Under the pieces are notes generated by a model. It was not told the DNA's origin and ran no database searches. It worked only from the letters and a program-made list of their open reading frames with translations. From positions 1-53,144 of the forward strand of contig PSMU01000007.1 of assembly GCA_040290255.1 (NCBI GenBank): a stretch of 53,144 bases of DNA, written 5' to 3'. This DNA is from Nitrososphaerota archaeon. GTDB lineage: Archaea > Thermoproteota > Nitrososphaeria > PSMU01. A program made the position numbers and the translations under genes. Shown here piece by piece: positions 35,274 through 44,621 of this stretch; positions within the stretch are counted from its first letter, which is position 1, and every line of letters starts with the position of its first letter.

Positions 35274-36077
35274 ATGGCCTACGGCCACGCCCTCGTGGTG
35301 GGCCCCGAGCTAAGGGTCAGCGACCGCATCCTGGAGAGGCTGGCCGAGCTGGGCCTTTCGTATAATGAAATTAGGGTCTATCTGGGCCTGCTGGAGAAGG
35401 GGGCCTCCAATGCCCCTGACCTAGCCCAGCATACTAAGGTCCCCTACTCCAAGATCTATAGCGTGTTACGCGCGCTGATAAGAAAGGGATGGGTGGAGGA
35501 GCGGGAGGGGAGGCCCACGCTTTACTACGCAAGGCCCCCTCAGGTGGCGTTGGAGAGCCTGAGGCTGGCGAAGGAGATCGAGTTCAGGAGGCTGGAGCAG
35601 GAGCTGCTGGAGGAGCTCAGCCCCCTGCTCGGCAAGGCGGACTACAAGGAGAGGCCGGAGATCTGGATGGTGCGAGGCCCGAGCGCCATAGCCGAAAAGG
35701 CCCTGGAGCTCATAAGCTTCTGCGCGCAGAGCCTGCTGATGGCCCTGCCCGCGCTGAGCCAGGAGCTCTGGGGCCTCCTGCGTCCGCCGCTCGAGGGGGC
35801 CAAGGCCAGGGGGGTGGAGATAAGGGTGCTTGCCTCATCCTCCATCGCGCCGCCGCTCATCAAGAAGCTGCAGGTTCTGGGGGCGGTGAAGGTCAGGGAT
35901 AGGCTCTACGGAGGGGGCATCGTGGCCGACTCCTCGAAGGTCCTGCTGCTGCTCATCGAGGGGCAGAGCCTCCTAGGGGTATGGACGGAGCACATGGCGC
36001 TGGCCAAGTTCGCCGAGGAGTACTTCAACTATCTGTGGTCCTCCTCCGAGTTCCCTTCGGGTCCCTTGCCGGGGTGA
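35274..36077 (+). CDS. TrmB family transcriptional regulator
   Basis: LGLS.NE..VY..LL, VPYSKIY.VL..L..KGWV, GRP..Y; C-terminal effector domain. Confidence 0.9.
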   Translation: MAYGHALVVGPELRVSDRILERLAELGLSYNEIRVYLGLLEKGASNAPDLAQHTKVPYSKIYSVLRALIRKGWVEEREGRPTLYYARPPQVALESLRLAKEIEFRRLEQELLEELSPLLGKADYKERPEIWMVRGPSAIAEKALELISFCAQSLLMALPALSQELWGLLRPPLEGAKARGVEIRVLASSSIAPPLIKKLQVLGAVKVRDRLYGGGIVADSSKVLLLLIEGQSLLGVWTEHMALAKFAEEYFNYLWSSSEFPSGPLPG

Positions 36078-36084
36078 GTGGCCA

Positions 36085-37086
36085 GTGAAGGTGCCCGGAC
36101 CTCTCGTGGAGGGCGAGCTGCTCAGAAGGCTGAGCCGCTTCAGCCTCGAGGCCTTAGTGCATGGAAGGCGGGTCAAGGCCTATATACCCAACCCGGCCAG
36201 GCTGCCCGAGCTCTTTTCTAGGACCACCAGGCTCCTCCTCGTTAAGGCTAGGGGCCCGCCGGGCAGAAAGACGGCATATGAGGTCTTCGGGGCTAGGCTG
36301 GAGGGCCTCACCATAGGGCTCGACGCCCGCCTCCCTAATGCCCTCTTCGCCGAGGCGCTGGAGCAGGGCCTGCTGCCCGAGTTCGAGGGTTACTCCATAC
36401 TAGCCAAGGAGCCCAGCTATGGGGGCTCCAAGCTGGACTTCCTACTTCAGCGCGGAAGCGAGAGGGCCCTGGTGGAGGTGAAGAACTGCAGCCTCGTGAT
36501 CGGGGGCGAGGCCCTCTTCCCCGATGCGCCCACCGAAAGGGGCACTAGGCAGCTGGGGGCCTTGACTCACGCCGTGCAGGAGGGCTATAGGGCCTATATC
36601 GTGTGGTTCATACAGAGAAGCGATGCTAAGAGGCTAAGGCCATACTGGGAGGTGGATGAGCGGTTCTCGAGGGCCCTGGTCTCCGCGGCGGGCAACGGCG
36701 TCACGCTCCTCGCCTACAGGGCCGGCCTTGTAGATGGCGAGATGAGGGTGCTGGGACGGGTTCCGGTGGAGCTGGAGGAGGACTATAGCCTCTTGAAGGG
36801 CGTTTCGTTCTTCCTGCAGAGCCGCTGGGGGGTCGATAAGGTCCTGGCCGATGCCATCGCCAAGCTATACTATGAGGGAGGGACAAGGGCGACTGGGCGA
36901 GCCAGCTCCAGGAGGCTGCTGGAGCTGGGCATGGCGGTTCGCGCAGAGGATCGAATCGTACCCCTGCACCCCAGGATGGCCGTCACCAACCTGATAAGGG
37001 CCCTGAACTTGAAGGCCCTCAGGGCCGATGTGGACAGGGTCGTGGCCATGCTGGCGGGCCTTTCAAGGCTCAGGGAGGGGCCATGA
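36085..37086 (+). CDS. sfsA: SfsA nuclease-family protein with a ~100-aa C-terminal extension
   Basis: R.SRF, NP.RL.EL, RKT.Y, DFLL, VEVK, FPDAPT.RG.RQL..L, D..F. Confidence 0.9.
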   Translation: MKVPGPLVEGELLRRLSRFSLEALVHGRRVKAYIPNPARLPELFSRTTRLLLVKARGPPGRKTAYEVFGARLEGLTIGLDARLPNALFAEALEQGLLPEFEGYSILAKEPSYGGSKLDFLLQRGSERALVEVKNCSLVIGGEALFPDAPTERGTRQLGALTHAVQEGYRAYIVWFIQRSDAKRLRPYWEVDERFSRALVSAAGNGVTLLAYRAGLVDGEMRVLGRVPVELEEDYSLLKGVSFFLQSRWGVDKVLADAIAKLYYEGGTRATGRASSRRLLELGMAVRAEDRIVPLHPRMAVTNLIRALNLKALRADVDRVVAMLAGLSRLREGP

Positions 37087-37508
37087 GCTCGTATTCCTGC
37101 GCGCATGAGGCGGTGTACTATGGCATAGTCAACCTGCTCAGCCAGGGATGGTTCCTGGGCGCCGTCGATGTGTGGAGATGCGCTAAATGCGGCCGCCTCT
37201 TCGCCGAGGAGAGGAGGCTGGGCGTGCTCGATATAGCGCCCTATGTGGGCTTCAAGGAGGCAAAGCCGGGCAGCGAATGGGCGATCTTCGTGTGCAGCGG
37301 GCCCGAGGAGGTGCAGTGGCGCCTAGTGGAGGCCGAGCCCGGCCAATATATTGACCACAAGTGCCCCATAGGGGCCCCCGCCAGGGTCAACGAGCGGCTC
37401 GAGCTCGAGCCCCGCCTGGGCCCGGAGGCGGGCCGCATGCACCACCTCTTCCCCATAAGCAAGTTCCTGAACAGGAGCATCGAGGTGAGCTATGAGGTGG
37501 TAAGATGA
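37083..37508 (+). CDS. Hypothetical Cys/His-rich, possibly Zn-binding protein
   Basis: ATGA-coupled to sfsA; C.H...WRC..C and H.C motifs. Confidence 0.65.
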   Translation: MSSYSCAHEAVYYGIVNLLSQGWFLGAVDVWRCAKCGRLFAEERRLGVLDIAPYVGFKEAKPGSEWAIFVCSGPEEVQWRLVEAEPGQYIDHKCPIGAPARVNERLELEPRLGPEAGRMHHLFPISKFLNRSIEVSYEVVR

Positions 37509-37882
37509 GGCTGGAGGGCTGGAGCTATGCGCTGCAGCTGCTGGCCGGCCTGGACCTCATCCTCTCCTATGGCGCCTTGCCGGGGGTGGCCTGGAGGGGG
37601 AGCTGGCTGGGGCTGCCCATGCTGCTTCTCGGGCTGCTACTCATCGCCTCGGTCCCGTTCATCTGGCTGGGCAGCCGCAGGCTGGGGCTGCTGGTGCTGG
37701 CCCTTAGCCCCTTGGGGCTCACGGCCTGGGCGACCTTGGGCCTGGGGCGCTATAGCTATGCGGACCTCGTGGGCATGGCCCTCCTCGCCGCCTGCTTCAT
37801 GGCCTCCTTGGCCTGGAGGGTGTCCATAGGCAGAAGGAAGGGCCGCGGGTTTCATCCCCTTGATTACCCGGTGTATGGATGA
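37505..37882 (+). CDS. Hypothetical membrane protein, about 4 TM
   Basis: Hydrophobic ORF tightly coupled to both neighbours; C-terminal HPLD.PVYG. Confidence 0.6.
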   Translation: MRLEGWSYALQLLAGLDLILSYGALPGVAWRGSWLGLPMLLLGLLLIASVPFIWLGSRRLGLLVLALSPLGLTAWATLGLGRYSYADLVGMALLAACFMASLAWRVSIGRRKGRGFHPLDYPVYG

Positions 37883-38436
37883 GCGCGGAACCTAGGTTTG
37901 CGGGCGCGCCGAGGCTCAGGGCCGAGATAGCGCAGTTCCTCTGTGAGGGCCCGGCCCAGGTCAGGCAGGATGAGCCCCTGAGCATAAGGGTAAGGCTCTC
38001 GCTGGGCGGGGAGCTGAGACAGGCGCTCACGCCCGAGGCCTGGGCCAGGGCCCATGAGGCCTATGATGAGCACTTCACGCTTAGGTATGCGCTGGCGCTC
38101 TATAGCAAGGGGCCCCTCTTCGCCAGGAGGATCGCCGGGCCCGTAAGGCTCAGGAGGAGGGCCACGTTCTATTGGAGCAGGGATCCCCTGCTGCCCTACA
38201 GGATCTGGGTCATGGTCGTGGACGAAGCCGGCGTGCCCCGGCTCCCGAAGGATGTGGAGGAGGCCAGGGCCATGCTCATGGACGTTGAGTGGGCCTTCGC
38301 GCTCGCTCCTGGCGCGCTGGCCAAGGGAGCTAGGCAGCTCTTTGCGAGGGTAAGGGCCTCTTGGGGGCGCCATAGCTTCGCCGATAAGGGAAGCGTGGAG
38401 GGGGCATCGCCGCCCCTGCGCATAGAGGTCCTGTAG
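37879..38436 (+). CDS. Conserved hypothetical protein (Nitrososphaerota-like, beta-rich)
   Basis: ATGA-coupled; PRFAG.P and R.A.FYW.R.P..PYRIW resemble thaumarchaeal hypotheticals from memory. Confidence 0.65.
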   Translation: MSAEPRFAGAPRLRAEIAQFLCEGPAQVRQDEPLSIRVRLSLGGELRQALTPEAWARAHEAYDEHFTLRYALALYSKGPLFARRIAGPVRLRRRATFYWSRDPLLPYRIWVMVVDEAGVPRLPKDVEEARAMLMDVEWAFALAPGALAKGARQLFARVRASWGRHSFADKGSVEGASPPLRIEVL

Positions 38437-38475
38437 CATCGAAAAGCTTTTACAAGCCATGAAGGGGCCAGGGCC

Positions 38476-38622
38476 ATGGCCAAGTATGATGGCATAATAG
38501 GCAAGACACTCTTGGCCGTCACGGAGGGCGATAACGAGCTCACGTTGGTCTTCGCGGACAACAGGTTCCTCTTCATCAGGGTCAACAACAACCGCCTCGA
38601 AACCGAGTCGGTGCCCGAGTAG
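38476..38622 (+). CDS. 48-aa small protein (not in ORF track)
   Basis: MAKYDGIIGKTLLAVTEGDNELTLVFADNRFLFIRVNNNRLETESVPE; TTTTA box ~25 nt upstream. Confidence 0.75.
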   Translation: MAKYDGIIGKTLLAVTEGDNELTLVFADNRFLFIRVNNNRLETESVPE

Positions 38623-38656
38623 CAAGGCCTTAAAGGCAGGCCGGTGCTGCTGGGGC

Positions 38657-38860
38657 GTGATACTGAGGTTCGCGGGCCAGCTGGATGAACAGCAGGCAAG
38701 GCTGCTGGCCGAGAAGCTCGTGGGCAAGAAGGTGGTGCACGTGAGCTACCTCAACGAAGGCGGCACGAACTTCATCGAGCTCGTGTTCGACGATGACTCG
38801 AAGGCGACCTTCTACTACGAGCAGCAGGGGGGCATCACGTTAGTCGAGGGCTTCCCTTAG
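38657..38860 (+). CDS. 67-aa small protein resembling its upstream neighbour
   Basis: LVGK.V..V...IELVF.D pattern; own TTAAA box. Confidence 0.65.
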   Translation: MILRFAGQLDEQQARLLAEKLVGKKVVHVSYLNEGGTNFIELVFDDDSKATFYYEQQGGITLVEGFP

Positions 38861-38863
38861 CGG

Positions 38864-40690
38864 CTAAGTCAAGAGCGGCGGGACGATCGTCGAGGTGCGA
38901 ACGTCCACGAGCCCCTTATCGCTTATGCGCAGCTCCGGCAGCACCACGAGGGCCATCAGGCTCAGCGTCATGAAGGGGGAAACCCAGGTGCAGCCGAGCC
39001 TCCCCCACACCTCATACATTTGTTTCACCTTCATCGCCACCTCCTCGCAGGGACCATCGGACATCAACCCCGCGATGGGCAGCTCCACCAGCGACAGCAC
39101 TTCTCCGTCGAGCACCGTGATCACGCCCCCTCCGGCCTCGGCGAGCCTGTTCGCGGCGATGCTCATATCCCTCTCATTGGCGCCCACCACCAACAGGTTG
39201 TGGCTATCATGGGCCACCGTGCTGGCTATTGCGCCCCCGCGCCATCCGAAGCCCTTAAGGAAGCCCTTCCCAATGCCCCCACTCCTCCCATGTCTCTCCA
39301 CCACGGCCACCTTGTAGATCTGCCGCTCGGGGTCCGCCTTCACATCCCCGTTCACCACGGCCAGCTCCTCCTCCAGGGCCTTCGTGTGGACCTTGCCCTC
39401 TATCGCGCCTATTACACGCGCCCTCACGTAGCCCCTGTTGATGGGCGCCTCGATGATAAAGTCCTCGGGCCTCAGCGGCCTGGCCAGCTTCACCGTCCCC
39501 CTGGCCCACGAGGGATACTCGAAACGGCGCAGCGGGGCCAGCAGCCTCCCCTGCTGGGCCATGAGCCTTCCCCCCACAAACACCGAATGTACCTTGACCC
39601 TCGTCAGGTCCTCAAGCAGGACTATGTCGGCGAGCCTTGCGGGAGCAACGCTCCCCAGGTGCAGGGAGAGGCCGTAATGCTCGGCGGGGTTCAGCGTCGC
39701 CATCTGGATGGCCGTGATGGGGTCCACGCCCTCCTCTATCGCCCTCTTCACCGAATGGCTTACGTGGCCGTCCCGCAGGATGGAATGAGGCTCCTTATCG
39801 TCCGTGACCAAGCAAACGTGCCTTGAGTCCAGCCGCGCCTCCGTCACCGCCTTTATGCCCTCCTTTACGTCCAGCCAGGCCGAGCCCTCCCTACAGTAGA
39901 CGTACATGCCCAGCCGAAGGCGCTGCACCGCGTCTATCTTCCTGACGGACTCATGTGAGGATGTGATGCCCGCGGCGACATAGGCCGTGAGCTCCCTATC
40001 CAGCAGGAAGGAGTCATGTCCCTCCACGGGCTTGCGCGCCTTGTGCGCCTCCGCCACCTCGGCATGCATCTTCTCGTCCAAGGAGAGGATGCCGGGGAAG
40101 TTCATCATCTCTCCCAGCGCCACGGTCTCCTCCCAGGCCAGCGCCTCGGCTATCTCCTCCGGCCCTAGGCTCGCGCCGGGGGTCTCAAGCCCTCCCGAGG
40201 AGGAGGGGATGCAGGAGGGAACTGTCAGGAAGACGCGCAGGGGCAGCCCGCGCGCCTCCTCGAGCATCAGCCTGATCCCCCTGAGCCCGAGCACGTTCCC
40301 TATCTCGTGATTATCGATGAAGACGCCGGTGGTGCCGTAGGGCAGCACGAGGCGGGCAAACTCCGTGGCGGTCACCATGCTGCTTTCGATGTGCACGTGG
40401 GCGTCCAGAAAGCCGGGAACCACGTATTTGCCCGAGGCGTCTATGACCTCGGTCTCCGGCCCTATTGTGTGGTCCGCGCTCGGCCCTATGTACGCGACCC
40501 TGTCGCCCTTCACGGCCACATCCCAGCCCTCCAAGAGCTCGCCGGAGTTCACGTTCACCAGCAGCCCGTTCTTTATCACCAAGCTCGCCTTCTCCTTCCC
40601 CAGCGCCGTGGCCACCAGCGACCTCGCCACCCTCCAGAGCTCGCTGCCCAGAGGGCCTTCCCCCGCTTCTGGGCCCGACATGTGACTCAA
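38864..40690 (-). CDS. ade: Adenine deaminase
   Basis: PGF.DAHVHIESS, HEI.NV.G, EMMN.PG, REGS, TDD, AS..AHDSHN. Confidence 0.95.
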   Translation of the reverse strand: MSHMSGPEAGEGPLGSELWRVARSLVATALGKEKASLVIKNGLLVNVNSGELLEGWDVAVKGDRVAYIGPSADHTIGPETEVIDASGKYVVPGFLDAHVHIESSMVTATEFARLVLPYGTTGVFIDNHEIGNVLGLRGIRLMLEEARGLPLRVFLTVPSCIPSSSGGLETPGASLGPEEIAEALAWEETVALGEMMNFPGILSLDEKMHAEVAEAHKARKPVEGHDSFLLDRELTAYVAAGITSSHESVRKIDAVQRLRLGMYVYCREGSAWLDVKEGIKAVTEARLDSRHVCLVTDDKEPHSILRDGHVSHSVKRAIEEGVDPITAIQMATLNPAEHYGLSLHLGSVAPARLADIVLLEDLTRVKVHSVFVGGRLMAQQGRLLAPLRRFEYPSWARGTVKLARPLRPEDFIIEAPINRGYVRARVIGAIEGKVHTKALEEELAVVNGDVKADPERQIYKVAVVERHGRSGGIGKGFLKGFGWRGGAIASTVAHDSHNLLVVGANERDMSIAANRLAEAGGGVITVLDGEVLSLVELPIAGLMSDGPCEEVAMKVKQMYEVWGRLGCTWVSPFMTLSLMALVVLPELRISDKGLVDVRTSTIVPPLLT

Positions 40691-40748
40691 AGGTGCCTAA
40701 AACACAAGAATATTAATGGATTTTTAGATTTGGACGAGCATAAAGGTG

Positions 40749-42965
40749 CTATTCCTTGTCGATGAACTCCTCGGGCGATGGAGGGGTGGGCGGGTAGCCC
40801 TTGCGCTTCCTGATGCCAGCTATCAGGTTGGGCAGTAGCGAGCTGGGAACGGGGGCCCAGCTCTTGAAGTAGGTGCTCCAGAGCGCCCTGCCCGCCGTGG
40901 CTCCCCTCATGACCTCCGAAAGGTCAAAGGTCTCGGCCGCCGGTACTTCGCCCTCCACCACCGTCAGCAGGCCCCGCTGCTCGACCTTCAGGATCTTGCC
41001 CCTCTTGGAGGAGATGATGCCGGCCACCACGCCCACCAGGTCGCTGGGACACTTCACCTCTATGCCTTGAATGGGCTCGAGCAGCGTGGGATCCGCCAGC
41101 AGCATGGAGCCCATGATCGCCCTCTTGGCCGCGGGCATCAGCTGCGCGTAGGTCCTGTGCGCGGGGTCCTCGTGGAATACAGCATGGTGCAGCACCACCT
41201 TGACCCCCCTCACATACTCAAGGCAGAGGGGGCCGCTCTTCATGACATCCACGAACCCAGCCCTGATGCTGTCTATGGACTCCTGCATGAACTGAACGCC
41301 CTTGGTCATGTCCAGGAGCAGGTTTCCGTGCTCCTCTATGGCCACCACGCTCCTGGCCTCATCGGCCTCCCAGCCCGCCTCCCTCAGCAGCCTGGCGATC
41401 TCGCGCCTGTCCAGGTTTTCGTTCAGCTTCCCCGAGCGGATGAGCTCTATGACCTCCGGCGTCAGCGGCTCCACCCTTATGAAGACCTTGTTGTGTTTGT
41501 TGGGCGACTTGGACATGACCGGGCCGGCCTTGTCCCTGATCGTTTCGCGGTAGCTGATCAGGGGCTGCGAGACGACGATCTCGACGGGCCCATAGCCCTC
41601 GGGAGGGGGCTGCTGAATAAGCGTGGTAACGATCTCTAGGTGCAGCACGCCCATCCCGGAGATCAACGTCTCGCCCGTCTCCTCGTTGATATGTACGATC
41701 AGGTTGGGGTCCTCGATGCTTATCCTCTGCAGCACATCGACGAGCCTAGGCAGGTCCCTCGGGTGCTTGGGTTCCACGGCCACCGTGACCACGGGCTCGG
41801 AGACGTACCTGATCGCCTCGAAGGGCACGATGTCCTTGACGCTCGAAAGCGTCTCCCCGGCCCTGGCGTGCTCGAGCCCCAGGAGCGCGGGTATATTGCC
41901 CGCCGGCAGCATGCCGACGATCTCCCTCACGTTGCCCATGAACATCTGCACGCTCTGCACGCGCTCCTGCCGTTTGGAGTTGATCAGGTAGACCATGTCC
42001 CCATCCCTTACCGTGCCCGAGAAGAGCCGGCCCGTGGCTACCAGCCCCGCGGCGGGGTCAACCACCACGTTCGTCACCATCATGACGATGGGGCCGTTAT
42101 CGTCGCAGTTCAGCAGCGCCTGCCCCACCTCGCCCTCGACGGGGCCCTTCCAGATCCTGGGTATCCTATACCTCTGCGCCACGTGCGGAGGCGGGTGGTG
42201 CTGTATCACCATCTCCAGGATGGCCTCGTGCAGCGGGGCCTTCTCACTCAGTTCCTTGACGGCCGCGCCCCCGGCCGTGTAGGCGTTGTAGACGTCGCTG
42301 AACTTTATGCCATAGCGCTGCGCCATCGCCAGGTTGAAGCCCCATCTATCCTTGGCGCTGCCAAAGGCCACGCTGTTGGCCTGGGGGTTCACCTTCCACT
42401 TCGCCTTATACTCGGGGTCCGCATACGTATCGATCAGGCGATTAAAGTCCGCGATGATGTTGGCCAGCCAGGCCTGCATTTTATCGGGCGTGAGCCTCAG
42501 CTCCTTGATCAGGCGGTCGATCTTGTTGATATAGAGCACGGGCCTGCAGAGCTCCTCCAGGGCCTGGCGCGTGACGGTCTCGGTCTGGGTCATCACGCCC
42601 TCCACCGCGTCCACCACCACGACGACGCCGTCGATGGCCCTGAGGCTCCGCGTGACCTTGCCCGTGAAATCTATGTGGCCCGGCGTGTCTATCATGTTGA
42701 AGACGTAGGGCGTGCCCCCATACTCGTAGTAGAGCGTCACGTTGGCGGCCTTAATGGTCATCTGGCGCAGCTGCTCGAGCTGCATGTAGTCGAGCGCGAG
42801 CGCCTGCCCCGCCACCGAAGGCGAAAGCATCCCGCAGGCCGCCAGCAGAGAATCGCTGGTCGTCGTCTTGCCATGGTCCACGTGAGCTATGATGCCGAAG
42901 TTCCTTATCTGGTCCTTATTGGAGATGATCCTCAGCGCCTCCGCCGTGGTCTTGTACTTAGGCAA
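40749..42965 (-). CDS. fusA: Archaeal translation elongation factor 2
   Basis: AHVDHGKTT, DTPGH, NKID, GMG.LHLE, KSPNKHN, diphthamide loop HEDPAHR. Confidence 0.98.
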   Translation of the reverse strand: MPKYKTTAEALRIISNKDQIRNFGIIAHVDHGKTTTSDSLLAACGMLSPSVAGQALALDYMQLEQLRQMTIKAANVTLYYEYGGTPYVFNMIDTPGHIDFTGKVTRSLRAIDGVVVVVDAVEGVMTQTETVTRQALEELCRPVLYINKIDRLIKELRLTPDKMQAWLANIIADFNRLIDTYADPEYKAKWKVNPQANSVAFGSAKDRWGFNLAMAQRYGIKFSDVYNAYTAGGAAVKELSEKAPLHEAILEMVIQHHPPPHVAQRYRIPRIWKGPVEGEVGQALLNCDDNGPIVMMVTNVVVDPAAGLVATGRLFSGTVRDGDMVYLINSKRQERVQSVQMFMGNVREIVGMLPAGNIPALLGLEHARAGETLSSVKDIVPFEAIRYVSEPVVTVAVEPKHPRDLPRLVDVLQRISIEDPNLIVHINEETGETLISGMGVLHLEIVTTLIQQPPPEGYGPVEIVVSQPLISYRETIRDKAGPVMSKSPNKHNKVFIRVEPLTPEVIELIRSGKLNENLDRREIARLLREAGWEADEARSVVAIEEHGNLLLDMTKGVQFMQESIDSIRAGFVDVMKSGPLCLEYVRGVKVVLHHAVFHEDPAHRTYAQLMPAAKRAIMGSMLLADPTLLEPIQGIEVKCPSDLVGVVAGIISSKRGKILKVEQRGLLTVVEGEVPAAETFDLSEVMRGATAGRALWSTYFKSWAPVPSSLLPNLIAGIRKRKGYPPTPPSPEEFIDKE

Positions 42966-43112
42966 GGTTTTTGCGCCCCTTTAGCGAAGGGTTAATTAAC
43001 GTTTATGCCTTTCAGGGCATGTAGGGGAAGACCGGAGCTTACGCGTTATACGATACGCCCGGGCGCTTCTGGCTTCGGCCGGCGCAGGCCCGCCCGGCAG
43101 CTCGTTGGGGTC

Positions 43113-43433
43113 CTATCTAAGGAGGTTCCATGCGAATGCCAGCGCGGCGAGCACCAGGCCGCCCATGATGAACTCCCTTCCCCGGCGCCTATTCATGTTC
43201 GTGAAGTAGAGCAGCGCGCCCAGCGCCAACAGGGCCGGCGAGAGGAGCCCGCTGAGGAGGGCAACTAACCCCAACAACCTGAGCGCCACCAGGCTCGCCA
43301 GGTCCGCTATGGCCTGAAAGAGCCTGTCCAAGAACGTGGCGATCTGGCCCTCTATCTCCTTGAGCTGATCTGAGCCGGGGCTGAACTGCATTAGGGACGC
43401 CAGCTCGCGTGCCAGCCAGGGCGCTAGGCGCAT
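43113..43433 (-). CDS. Small membrane protein, VirB2/TrbC pilin-like topology
   Basis: Amphipathic helix, hydrophobic helix, basic loop NRRRGRE, second hydrophobic helix; TTATAT ~22 nt upstream. Confidence 0.5.
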   Translation of the reverse strand: MRLAPWLARELASLMQFSPGSDQLKEIEGQIATFLDRLFQAIADLASLVALRLLGLVALLSGLLSPALLALGALLYFTNMNRRRGREFIMGGLVLAALAFAWNLLR

Positions 43434-43689
43434 CTTGGGCAGCCCAGCGCCCACATATAAGCGCCCATGCCCCCGCTTGATTCAGCTTCCCGACCCTCTA
43501 GCGCTGCCCTTACCTTCCTTTAGAGCTCCCTTAGCGCGTGATGGGGCCATCAGGTTGCTTGAGCATCGTACAGGCCTTGGATAAGCCGTGCCTAGGCGCT
43601 TCATTTCTACGGAGTGGCCACCAGGCGCTTTGGGCCCCTGCCCTCGACGCGCTTTGACGCCAGGAGCCAGCCCTATCTGGGAGCTTTCT

Positions 43690-44577
43690 TCAAGGCGGGT
43701 AGTTCTCCAGCCACCATCTGGCTATGTCCACCCTCCTGGCTATCCAGGCCTCCTTGAAGCGCTTAGCGTAGGCCAGAAATTCATCCAGGGCCTTTATCCT
43801 GCCGGGCCTTCCGCTGATCCTCACGTGTATGCCCACGTTCATCAGCTTGCCGTTCTCCAGGCTCTCCTCGAGTAGCACGTCGAACGTGTCCTTTAGGTAT
43901 TGCAGGAAGTCCGAGGAGTTGGCAAACCTGTTGGCGAAGTAGTGAAAGTCATTGACGTCGGGCGTATAGGGAATGATCAGCAGCGGCTTTGCGCCTATGC
44001 GCACGTAGTAAGGCAGGTCATCGTTATAGGCATCAGAATCGTAGAGGAACCCGCCGACCTCGGCCAGGAGCTCCAGCGTATTCTCGCTCGGCTCCCGGCA
44101 GTACCAGCCCAGCGGCCTCTGGCCCGTGAGCCTCTCGATGGCCTCCACGGCCCTCCTTATGGAGTTCAGCTCCTCTTCCCTGGACATCGTATAGTGCTCT
44201 ATCCAACGGTAGCCGTGGCTACATACTTCATGTCCCTCCTCCACGATCTGCCTGGCCGCCTCAGGGTTCGCCTCGAGCGTCTTGGCCGTGGCCAAGAAGG
44301 TCGCCTTGACCCCGTGCTTCCTGAAGAGGCGGAGCAGGCGCCATATCGCAACCCTCGTCTCATACTCGAAGATGGACTCCATCGCGAGGTCCCTCTTAGG
44401 AGAAGGGCCATAGGCGGCGAATTCGCCGTAGGTTTCGGGCCCCTGATCGCCGTAGATCACCGAGCGTTCGCCCCCCGCCTCATAATTGACGGCTATCGTG
44501 AGAGCCAGCCGTGCGCCATTTGGCCAAGTAACCTTAGGAGGGCGCCTTCCATATCCAATGAAGTCCCTTTGGTGCAT
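43690..44577 (-). CDS. puuE: PuuE allantoinase-like polysaccharide deacetylase family protein
   Basis: RDF.GYG...P...WP.GAR.A....NYE.GGE, ES.FEY, HG.RW, YDSD.Y.DDLPY, H.R..GRP.R. Confidence 0.8.
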   Translation of the reverse strand: MHQRDFIGYGRRPPKVTWPNGARLALTIAVNYEAGGERSVIYGDQGPETYGEFAAYGPSPKRDLAMESIFEYETRVAIWRLLRLFRKHGVKATFLATAKTLEANPEAARQIVEEGHEVCSHGYRWIEHYTMSREEELNSIRRAVEAIERLTGQRPLGWYCREPSENTLELLAEVGGFLYDSDAYNDDLPYYVRIGAKPLLIIPYTPDVNDFHYFANRFANSSDFLQYLKDTFDVLLEESLENGKLMNVGIHVRISGRPGRIKALDEFLAYAKRFKEAWIARRVDIARWWLENYPP

Positions 44578-44621
44578 GGCGAGGGGGCCCGCGGAATATA
44601 GATATGCCTTGTCCTCAGCGC

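Noticed and set aside
41640-42995. Long antisense ORFs such as 41640-42995, 7138-8034, 18014-18949, 12184-13008 and 37864-38727
   Set aside because: Shadow frames opposite well-supported genes, expected at high GC; no recognisable motifs.
43455-43689. Intergenic stretch with GTGATGG and weak hairpins
   Set aside because: No complete C/D set, tRNA fold or credible ORF.
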